Assembly: GCA_010909165.1 (NCBI GenBank)
Contig: VJWM01000192.1
Coordinates: 124,001-188,000 of the forward strand
From: Anthoceros angustus
Taxonomy: Eukaryota; Plantae; Anthocerotophyta
Length of the DNA: 64,000 nucleotides
Direction: 5' to 3'
This document shows, in pieces, positions 35,401-46,200 of this stretch. The notes under the pieces are model-generated. The model was not told the DNA's origin and ran no database searches. It saw nothing but the letters and a program-made list of their open reading frames with translations. A program made the position numbers and the translations under genes. How positions within the stretch are numbered: the stretch's first letter is position 1; each line of letters starts with the position of its first letter.

Positions 35401-36469
35401 ATGGGTGCAGTTTTGCATGTATAGATTGTACAATCACTTAATGGAATGGGGTTGGCCTCCCTCTTTCATGGAATGGGGTTGGCCTCCCTCTTTCATGTAT
35501 AATGGCTTTCTATTGGCAAAGAGTGTCATCGCCCTGCAATGGGCATTGGCCAACGCGGTATATAGGACAACGGCGAGCGCAGGGCAGGCGGCTTCTTCGG
35601 CACCGGTGGGTAGCCCCGATGCAGTAGGCAGTTACAAGATTGGTGACAACGGGGTTAGTCCTCATCTGGTGCCATTTCCCATCTCTTGGGGTAGATGGTT
35701 TCTATCTCTTTTTTATAATAAAGTCTCTTGTTAATAAACTTAATGAAACCTTATTTACGAACAACAGTGTGGGACCAGGACGTCCTGGGGTCCTGCATTC
35801 TTGGACTTTTTTTATGGCCACCACCATGCCGTCGTCAAAATCTCCTGTCTTCCAAGTCTATATGGGCAGAAATTCGCTGTTGCCTTCTGCAACGGTTGGG
35901 AGGTTGAGAAAACACAACTAGAGGCCCATTGTGACAGTCTTGACATAAAGGCCCATTTTTGCTCATCATCTTGCTTTGAGGTCTCCTTGGCGCCCGAGTA
36001 TTTTTTTGCTTTGTGCAACAAGGCGCTTGACAAACGCATTCATAATAGTATGTCAACTAGATCGGTGCAAAGCATCTACCTCCAATTGCAATGCCCTGCC
36101 CTCAATCTGAGAATACATTAACATGTTGGCACGGTCTTGTGTGAAAATAACTGGCTCTCTTTCTGACACTCACCTCCAAATCAGCTCGTGTATGTGCGTA
36201 GCCTCAACCTCCAGTTCTGCAACTTCTTGAATGGTAGTCCAACGACACGTGCAACTATGGCATACCAAAGCGAACAGAGGGGACGGGGCATATTTTTTCA
36301 CACCAAACTTGTACCGTACACCACAATATGTAGGTATCTTTAAGAATATAGTACCGAATCCAGTCGTGCAGAGATGCTACCTCACCACATATGCTCATAT
36401 GTCCGCTTTGGCTCCCTCACCAAGAACAGCCAAGCACCGAAGCAGACTGACAATTTCTTTTCTTCCAAA

Positions 36470-36955
36470 CGCATATTGAAAGGTGCCTCAGCAATGCCTC
36501 GCAGTGCCTCACGGGGGCAAACCTGAATGCATAGCATGTCAAAATTGTGGTATGTTGAAAGGGGCCTTAGGGTGCCCCGCGGTGTCTCACGAGGGCATGC
36601 CTAAACGCATAAGCATGCCTGAAAAAATAGGCATACCAAAATTGTGGGAAGGAAGAGGTGCCTCACAAGGGCAAGCTTGAACGCAAAGGCATACCTGAAC
36701 GAATAGGCATTCCAAAATTGTGGGAAGGGAGAGATGCCTCATGGGGGGCAAGCCTGAATGCATAGGCAGTTGAAAGTTGTGGCAAGTGAAGGGTGTCTGA
36801 CGGGCGCAAGCCTAAACTCAAATGCATATCAAAATTGTGGTACGTTGCAAGGTGCCTCATGGGGCAAGCCTGAACTGAAAGGCATTGCAAAATTGTGGGG
36901 AGTGAAAGCTGTCCCACAAGGGCAAGCCTAAATTGAGAGATATCAAAATTGTGGA
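36470..36955. repeat. Degenerate ~58-bp tandem repeat, ~7-8 copies (gtgcctca..gggcaagcctgaa..caaaattgtgg)
   Basis: caaaattgtgg recurs at ~36540, 36637, 36713, 36830, 36888 and 36944, with gggcaagcct between. Confidence 0.75.
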
Positions 36956-37512
36956 AACCTACAAATGGAACATTCTGCCAGCATCTCCTTGGACCACCCC
37001 ATGATCAGTGTCACAACTTGAAGTCCTCCAGGCTTTCCGGGCGCTTCGACCGCGTAGGCTCGCAGCAATCGTTATAACCAAAGGCCAGCCATCAAAGTGA
37101 GTGTGCATGAAATAGTGCGCCTGTGGAAGGCACTCTCACGATCTGAAGACGAAGTCAATCAAATACCGACCGCGATCCACGAAACTTTAAAAGGACTTTG
37201 AAATTCGCAGGGTAGTTCTCGATGTGGTAAATAAGATCGTTGTGGTCTTGGTCTTGATAAGCGCATCCGACTCCTTGTAAAGAGGATTGCCCACCACCGC
37301 ACTTGCTGTCGTTCTAGCCCGATTGCACGATTGGTGCAGTGCACCGAGCTATTCCTTCCTGCTACTTATCCCATTGCCGTACGCAGGTCACCAGCCTGCA
37401 GCCCTACGGCTACTGACCGCCCGTACTATCTTGCCTAAAGCCCTAGCCTAGTGCTTGGAGCCACCCCAGCTCGCTAACAGCAGCCGACTTGCACCCTTCA
37501 TATTTACCAGTC

Positions 37513-38316
37513 GGTTGGTGGTTAGTGGTTAGTGGTTGTTAGTGGTTAGTGGTTGGTAGTTGGTAATTGAGTGGTTAGTGGTTAGTGGTTGGTGGTTAGT
37601 GGTTAGTGGTTAGTGGTTAGTGGTTAGTGGTTGGTGGTTGGTGGTTGGTGGTTGGTGGTTAGTGGTTGGTGGTTAGTGGTTGAGTGGTTGATGGTTGGTG
37701 GTTAGTGGTTGAGTGGTTGGTGGTTGGTGGTTGGTGGTTAGTGGTTGGTGGTTGGTGGTTGGTGGTTGGTAGTTGGTGGTTGGTGGTTGGTGGTTGGTGG
37801 TTGAGTGGTTGGTGGTTGGTGGTTGGTGGTTGGTGGTTGGTGGTTGGTGGTTGGTGGTTGGTAGTTAGTGGTTGGTGGTTGGTGGTTGGTGGTTGGTGGT
37901 TGGTGGTGGTTAGTGGTTAGTGGTTAGTGGTTGTGGTTAGTGGTTAGTGGTTAGTGGTTAGTGGTTAGTGGTTGTGGTTAGTGGTTGTGGTTAGTGTTAG
38001 TGGTTGGTGGTTAGTGGTTAGGGTTTAGTGGTTAGTGGTTAGTGGTTAGTGGTTAGTGGTTAGTGGTTGTGGTTAGTTAGTGGTTAGTGGTTGGTTAGTG
38101 GTTGTGGTTAGTGTTAGTGGTTAGTGGTTAGTGGTTAGTGGTTAGTGGTTAGTGGTTAGTGGTTAGTGGTTAGTGGTTAGTGGTTAGTGGTTAGTGGTTA
38201 GTGGTTAGTGGTTAGTGGTTAGTGGTTAGTGGTTAGTGGTTAGTGGTTGGGCGTGGTTAGTGGTTAGTGGTTAGTGGTTAGTGGTTAGTGGTTGTGGTTA
38301 GTGGTTGGTGGTTAGT
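37513..38316 (+). repeat. Telomere-like heptamer array (TTAGTGG)n/(TTGGTGG)n
   Basis: ~800 bp of tggttag/tggttgg units; one canonical-like TTAGGGTTTAG at ~38018. Confidence 0.95.
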
Positions 38317-39513
38317 TGTGAGTGATTTTCTAAACCAAGTGGTCACAAAGAGGCCACATTTACCCTCTTTATCGTTGTAGACTTGAGATGCACTCAAGGG
38401 AGTGATTTCGTGTCAAGACAACCAAAACATAGCCAATCCAACCAAAACACACACCAAAACATCTAGAAGCATGCACTGTGCTACCGCCCTAATAACACTC
38501 TGACTGTATCTTAGCCACACTCGATGCCACCTTAGAACGATGTAATCTGCCATATCTTAGCAACCACCGCCTAGCAGAGGGGCCCACCTTGGGATCAGTC
38601 CGCTATTAATAGGGGGTCCTGTGCCTGGATCCAAGTGGATAAAGCTGACCTCTCTCTCTCTCTCTCTCTTACTTATCCACAAAGTTAGATCCACCAATCG
38701 TGATTACCGCTCATAACTCTTCCTCCTCTCACTCTTGCAGATTTCTTGAGACTTCCTTGCCCTCCTCCACCTTTCAGCTCACCTTCCAGCTCCATACAGA
38801 CCTTTCAGCTCACCTTCCAGCTCTCACAGTCCCTTGGGGTGCCTCTCATCCTTCCCACACTCTCCAAGTTTCCCCAAAGAACTCTTCAACTCTCCTTGTT
38901 CTCACGCCTCACCGCCCCATTCAATCTCCACTTCCACACACAAGACCTCTTCCACCTTACAAGGTTCTCATCCAGGACCTTTCAGCACTTCACCAACTCT
39001 CAAAATACTTGTTCACCTACCTCCCGCATCCATTCCATCCCATCCACTCACGGATCTTCAACCTCCACTCACGCCTCTTCTTCAAAGAACACAAACATCA
39101 CTTACAGACTCTCCACCCTTCTTACTCCTCAAACAGCCAATCAGCAACTCTCCATGTCCAAAGATTCTCCACTTCTCTCACGCTCACTTTTCCTCTCATT
39201 TTCCAAACACACAAGCCCATGTGCCTCCAACTCACTTTTCCTCTCCTTCCCTCCACACACAGGCTCCCGCCTTGTCTCTTCTCTCCTGCGACCTTGACAC
39301 TCTGAAAACTTAAACACAAGGTGAGTACTAGACAAGCTGCAGAGAATGAGTAAAGGAGGATGCCTGCCTCCCGACCACCTTCCTTGACCTTGAGGACTCT
39401 CCAAGGAGACCACAAGGCTCCCTTCCTTGCTTTCCACCACTCATGTGGATCCGCCACGATCCGGGCAACTTGGTAGTCTTCTCACCTCAGGAGGAGCGGT
39501 TTAGGCTTACAAA
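38317..39513 (-). mobile_element. Truncated LTR of the adjacent Gypsy family
   Basis: Begins tgtgagtgattttctaaaccaagtggtcacaaagagg, as at 40204 and 50648; collinear with 40204-41393, then breaks off. Confidence 0.85.
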
Positions 39514-39580
39514 GCCCTAACTGGTTGAGAGGCCACCACAGGCCCGCCCAACTTGTCGCCGACACCGCCCCATAAACGTA

Positions 39581-40203
39581 AGTTGGTTGGTGGTTAGTGG
39601 TTAGTGGTTAGTGGTTAGTGGTTAGTGGTTAGTGGTTAGTGGTTAGTGGTTAGTGGCAAGTGGTTGGTGGTAGTGGTTAGTGGTTGAGTGGTTAGTGGTT
39701 AGTGGTTGGTGGTTGGTGGTTAGTGGTTGGTGGTTGGGTTGCGTAGTGGTTGTACAGTGGCCAGTGGCCAGCGGTTGGTGGTTGCCAGTGGTTGGTGGTT
39801 GGTCAGGTTGTGGTTGGTCAGTTGGTGGTTGGTGGTTGTAGCACAGGTTGGTGGTCAGTGGTTGGTGGTTGGTCAGTGGTGGCCAGTTGGTGTCAGTGGT
39901 GGTGGCCAGGCACAGTACAGTGGCCGTAGTTGGTGCGGTCAGTGGTGCGTGCCAGTGTCAGTGCCAGCAACAGGGTGGCCAGTGGGTTGCCAGCGGTCAG
40001 TGGCCAGCGGTCAGGTGCCAGCGGCCAGTGTCAGCGTGTAGTTGAGGTTCGTCAGTGGCCAGCGGTTGGTGGTTGGTGTCAGGCCAGTGGTCAGCGGTCA
40101 GTGGTTAGTGGTGTCAGGTCGTTTGGCGGTAGCATGTGGTCATGGCCAGTGGCAATGCGGCCAGTGCCAGCGGTCAGTTAGTGGTTAGGCCAGTTGGTCA
40201 GGT
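39581..40203 (+). repeat. Second (TTAGTGG)n array, progressively degenerate (tggccag/tggtcag variants)
   Basis: Clean units at 39590-39720, then TT>CC/TC-substituted units up to the LTR at 40204. Confidence 0.85.
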
Positions 40204-43200
40204 TGTATGATTTTCTAAACCAAGTGGTCACAAAGAGGCCATTTACCTCTTTATCGTTGTAGACTTGAGATTCGTGCCCAAGGGAGTGATTTCGTGTCAA
40301 GACAACCAAAACATAGCCAATCCAACCAAAACACGACACACCAAACATCTAGTATGCAAGGCACTACATCTCTAACAACACTGCACTGTGGCTATCTTAG
40401 CCACGCGACCTGCTACCTGCAACGATGTAATCTTGCTGTTAACTTAGCAACCACCCCTATTTCTAGCAGAGGGGTCCACCTTGGGATCAGTCGGCTATTA
40501 ATAGGTGGGTCCCAGTCGGGATCCAAGTGGATAAAGGCTCTCTCTCTCTCTCTCTCTCTTACTCATCCACAAAGTTAGATCCACCAATCGTGATTACCGC
40601 TCTCATAACTCTTCCCCTCCTCTCACTCTTGCAAGCATTTCTTGAGACTTCCTTGCCCCTCCTCCAGCCTTTCAGCTCACCTTCCGCTCCATCACCTCTG
40701 GCTCTCACGTCCCTTGGGGTGCCTCTGAGTCCTTCCCACACTCTCCAAGTTTCCCAGAACTCTTCAACTCTCCTTGTTCTCACGCCCGCCCCATTCAATC
40801 TCCACTTCCACACGCACCTCTTCAGTCCTTACAAGGTTCTCATCCAGACCTTACAGCACTTCACCAACTCTCAAAATACTTGTTCACCTACCTCCCGATC
40901 CATTCCATCCCATCCACTCACGGATCTTCAACCTCCACTCACGCCTCTCTTCTTCAGAACACAAACATCACTTACAGACTTCTCCACCCTTCTTACTCCT
41001 CTCAAACAGCCAATCAGCAACTCTCCATGTCCAAAGATTCTCCACTTCTCTCATGCTCACTTTTCCCCTCATTTTCCAAACACACAAGCCCACAGCTCCA
41101 ACTCACTTGCCTTTCCTTCCTCCACACACACCCCCCGCCTTGTCTTCTTCTCTCCGACCTTCGACACTCAAAAAAAACTTAAACACAAGGTGAGTACTAG
41201 ACAACCGCAGAGAATGAGTAAGGAGGGATGCCTCCCGGCTTCCCGACCACCTTCCTCTTGACCTTGAGGACTCCTCCAAGGAGACCACAAGGCTCCCTTC
41301 CTTGCTTTCCACCACTCTCATGGATCCGGCCACACGATCCGGGCAACTTGGTAGTCTCACTGTGGCAGAGGAACGGTGCCTAGGCTTACAAAGACCGGAT
41401 CCGAACCTCCCAAACCCCACTCACTCAAACACCGAGACTTAGGCCAACATTGCTTACATTTCATCAAGAGGCCCTATACCCAAGATCAGCCCACAAAAGC
41501 AGCTTGGCTGCTTGCCAAAAATACCAATCAGTCTTAGCCTACCAATCCTAGAGGCCTATCTATTAATTCTGTCCACTATGAGAGAGGATAAGATTTACAG
41601 TCTATAACACATGGGCCTTTAGCTATTTCAGGGCCACTTACCCCTATTACCTCTCCTGGGCCTCCTAGGCCGCCTAGCCCCATGTTCTCCTCTTGCTCTC
41701 CTCCCTCTTGGCTGGTTGGGCAATCTCTCCCATAAAATCTCCACCTCCTCAGAGCTGGACTCCTCTCTCTCTTGTGCTCGCCGCATATGCAGTACTCCTC
41801 CTCGGTGAGCTCTTGAATCTGGATGGGTCGGTGAGTTTCCTCCTTAGAATCCAACCCATAGGTAGGATCCGGTGCCGTCAAGGCATGGATCAAGTACCTC
41901 CATGTCCCCCATGCCCACAAGCATAAACTTGTCCTCCTCCTGGCCCTCTGCCCCTTCTTCCTTGTTGTAGCTCGTCTTGGAGCTATTTATATGCCCTAGT
42001 GGGTCGGTTGTTAACTTCCTTAAGCAGTGGCGGCGGTTGCCTTGTAACCTCCTCGCTGTGCCAACTCGGCCTTGATTCTTCCATGGAAGGCTCCGCATCT
42101 TCCACGGTGGCTCTCCTTGCACAGCCCTCTTGGCCTCTTTCCAACCTTTCCTTGCCTCGTCCCTCTCCTTCTTTGCCAGGTATCGAGTTTCGGCTGAACT
42201 TGCGCATCGAGATGACATTGCGGCTCCCCTATGGTGCTTTTGTCGCGAGGAGGCGAACCATGAGGGTTTCTGATCCTTGGTCTTCCGCAACTCTTCTGGA
42301 CCTTCCTTGTTCTTCCATGCTACCTAGGCGTCCCTCCAAGACCTCCTTCTCCTGCTTCATTCCACTCCTTTGGTGCTCCCCATTCCCCCTGCGCTCTTAA
42401 ACCTAACAAAGAGAGGACCGGAGCATGGTCCTCCATCTCACCCCTAGTGCGTGCCATAGTGAGACCCAGTTCTTGTAGGGTGATGTTAGGCCCCAAACCT
42501 CTTGAGGATGGGTTCCCTTCTTCCTATCAATGACTCTCCCCGACCACTTCCGGGTATACTTGAGGTCACCCCTTGAGCAGTAGTGACTTTCTCGGATCGG
42601 CCGTGCCCAAGGTTGGGGTGATTCCTCCTGTTGACTGTGGCTTCCCACGCTCTGTGAGCGGTCTTTCTGGCCTTTCCTTTGTCCTCATCGGGTGAGTTCT
42701 CGTGCTCTTGTGGCTCTAGGCGTGGTTGGAGTTCCCTGTTGCTCAGCCCGACCTCTCTTGGTTCCTGTTGGAGTCTTAGCAACTCCAGTTGCTTTGTTAG
42801 CAACCGCAGCTGAAACCTTAGCAACTGCCACATTCCTCTTCATGGACACTTCAGACTTCTCATCTTCACTCCCAGTGCCACTGGAGATGGCCTCTTCCTC
42901 TGACTCCTCTTTGGGCTTCCTTCTTTCGAACACCGGCCTCCAGGCATGGAAGGCTGAGACCATCTCTATCCCTCCAGAACTTGGCATGGTCAAAATGTGG
43001 ATTAAGAAGGAGATAGAGGCTGAGGGGTGATGGTAGGGTCAAGTGGTCCCTCTCCACCGCATGTGTCATAGAACATCCAATCTATCTTGGACCCTCTCAC
43101 CACCTCATAGAGAAAGAAAATGGTAGTCGTGTGCTCTAGCTTCTTAGTGAGCTGAGAGCACGGATCCACTGGCTAATCCGGCCAGCTCGGGGTCTAACTT

Positions 43201-46200
43201 GTTGGTGACCCACCATTCTCCACCCTAGACAATGTGGGAGCAATGGCGACTTGTGCCTCCTGCGACTTTTGGGAGATGGCTTCTGAAAGGATCAATGATT
43301 ATTCCACCACATTCCTCTTGGGCCTCTCATAAGACTGGAACAAGAATATTCCAGTGCGGGGTTGGTTCTCGTGTTGCCTTCCCTGGCCTTCTCCCTCATG
43401 TGTCTGCACATCCAACCAAACAGGCTGTAGCACCACTTTTTGTCCATGAAGGACAAGTGATGCTTAGCCACCAAGACCGCCTTCACTCTCCGGTGCCCCA
43501 TGTTGGGCCATTGGGCTGGTAATGGCCTCAATGGCCACCGGAGTGTTCTTCTTAGGTCCCATGCTCCTTGTCCTGTGCGAGCCGAGTTCTGACAAAGTGT
43601 CCGGCTACCATTGCAACTTCCCACAAGCCTTCTCGCCTTTCAGTCGACTCCTCACGAAATTTCTTCTCCGCTTGTGAAGGATCCCCTGGCTGCCTCGCTC
43701 CTACCCACACGGTGGCGGAGTGCCACAGATTTTTCTCCGGTGGAATCCACCAACCTCCCTCCTACATCACATTTGTCGCGGCCTTGCCCTACCCGGTATC
43801 TCCGTGTCTCCACGACCGGCGTCGACCACCCACCACGACACAGGCGCGTGACCACCACATGAACCCTACTCTCGCCACTCAACATGCCCCGCTCAAGCCA
43901 ATTCGCCTTCCGCCTCAAATGTGAGTGCGGGTGTATCCTGCAAGTGGTTGAGCGGTGACCCCCCAGTGCGCCGCCTCCGCTTAATCCAGCCTTGCGGGTC
44001 GTGCCTTGCACCTACCTCGTGCACGCTCCCCTTCCTTCGGCAATTCCTGGCCCCCCTCACTTGCCCACCTCTCTTCTCGATTCTTCTGACAGCCCGGCCA
44101 GCCGCCGCCCGGCCTTCTCCTCGGCCCGATTATTCCCACCCTGGGGCGTTTACACCGCGCTGTTTGCTCGATTGCTTCCACGCCAGCGCCTCAGCTCCTC
44201 CACTCTTGTTCGCCTCCGCTCCTCCTCGCCCGTCCTTGGTGCCTGCCGCTCACCACGCCTCCGCTCTCATCCCGCATCCCGGACTGCCATTCCACCCGAT
44301 CGGCCCTCTTGAGTGCGCTCGTCGTGCTGCCGCCGACTCATTGCGCCGCGTTTCCTCCGCCTCCGTCACGCGCTCGAGCTTGAGTGTGGCGCCGCCTTGA
44401 TCCGCTGCTGCAATATTCCTTGTCCCTTCCCCTTGGAAATCTAGGACCCCGTTACTTCCCGTTGGTATTTCCAATGATTTCGCTCAATTGGTTTTTTTAT
44501 CGGAAAATAACTCCGACTTGGTTGCTACCATAGCAGGCTCCGTCGGTTCTTTGTCATAACAGTCTGTGCATCGGCCCTAGCAAGCGTTGCAACCGAGCGA
44601 CCAACCCTCCAAGGTTACATCGGGATCGGGACTAGACTCTCTTCCTCCTACTAGGCTCTAGTAGACTTTTCTTATTTCCTAACCTACTTCACATTCCAAC
44701 TCCGATTCTCACAAAACACAAAACAAAAAAAACACTCCTTTAGAGTGCGAGTACCCATGTGGTCACCACATACTCCCTTCTCATTTGTTGGCGTCCCAAC
44801 TTATTGGTACTTCTTCACGCGCCATTGACCGGTTGTAGCGAATCCATCAAGTTCTGCGGTATGGATCCATTGTCGAACACTTGCGGCACCACAGGGACCC
44901 ATCCATCTAAGATGCGACTTCGAAGTGCATGTACTGTTGTCATCAACAACGCCAAGTCCCGAACAACGTACTCTTGTTTTTGCGACTTAGGTCATGCCAT
45001 TCCTTCCTCTTCTCTTGGGCGTTACAGGCTGCCAAGGCTTGTTCCTACTCTCCATGTCTTTGAACAAAGCCTATGAGCCTCTCAAGCGGCTCTCCTCCAC
45101 CGTCATCCTCTTATGCTCTTGGACTCTCAACGTTGGCACTTCAAACTCAATGGGCATGGTGGTGAGTGCCCATAGGTGAGGTAGTAGGGTCATTGTGGTC
45201 ACCTTCTCCTGTCCTGTCGCCCTGGCGCGAGTGAAGCTTCCGGTCCCAATCGTAGGTGGTGATGGTTAACTTGTTGAGGATCTGCAAAGCAATCCATTAG
45301 CTTTCTCCGTGAGTCCATTCGCCTTGGGGTTGTAGGGGTGGTCTTCCTGTGGCTGATGTTGAAATACTTCACCATGTGTGAGATCACCTCGTTGATGAAA
45401 TGGGTACCCCTGTCGCTAACCAACTCCAACGGGCACCGTACCTTGTGATGATACTCAAACAAGAACGCCACCACATTTCGTGTCCACGGGCAAGGCTTGA
45501 GCTTCCACCATGCGGTCTGATGTCCGTTGCTACCGAGAATATATTGATTGGCTCCCCTTGGTCTTGGGGTTGAATCGAGTCAATCCCCACTTCTCAAGGC
45601 GCCAAGGCTAGGATAGGGACCAATGGCCCTTTGTGTGGTCTGGTTGGCTTCAACCCTTTGACATGCATCTGGCAGCTTGATGAACTCCCTAGCATCGGCG
45701 TGCAAGGTTGGCCACCAATACCACCTCCAAGATCTTCTTACAGTCACGTTGGTAGCGTAGTGACCTCCGGCCTCCTCCTCATGCAAGGGCGAGAACCCGG
45801 TCCTTTTGACCATCCTTGACCCACAACCTCTCAACTCCATCGGCCCTACCATGCGGCTTGTCTCCGCGCTTAACAGCAGTGCGGAAGTATAGAACAACCT
45901 CATTCTTTGTGTGCAGTATCCACATTGCTAAAAGCGAAAGACCTCCTCATAGGGCTGCAAAACTTCTCCCTCCCTTCTCATTTGGTCTGTACCTCCGTTT
46001 CCGATCAACTTGGCATTGGGCCTAGCACTCTCCTCATCCTCCTCCCAAAGCTTCATCCGGAAAATGATCTTCTTGATCACGCTCCACCTTCTCCGTCTTC
46101 AAGCGAGACAAGTAGTCGGCATTCACATGCTTCTCCCTCACGTGTCTCCACCGTGAATGTGAACTCTTACCAAGATCCAACGAGCTATGCGACGAGAAAG

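Noticed and set aside
35441-35497. 27-bp perfect tandem duplication (similar short duplications at ~10887-10923 and ~24165-24262)
   Set aside because: Ordinary slippage-type duplications with no evidence of function.
35800-37400. Possible decayed DNA-transposon ORF (faint Ulp1-like IMNAFVKRL on the minus strand)
   Set aside because: Multiple stops, and no catalytic motifs or termini recognisable by eye.
37684-37920. Trp/Val/Gly-rich ORF
   Set aside because: Translation of the heptamer satellite.
38700-39313. Ser/Leu/His-rich ORFs in all three plus frames (also 40527-41261 and 51165-51626)
   Set aside because: A pyrimidine-rich LTR strand lacks stops by composition, and frames are not conserved between the three copies.
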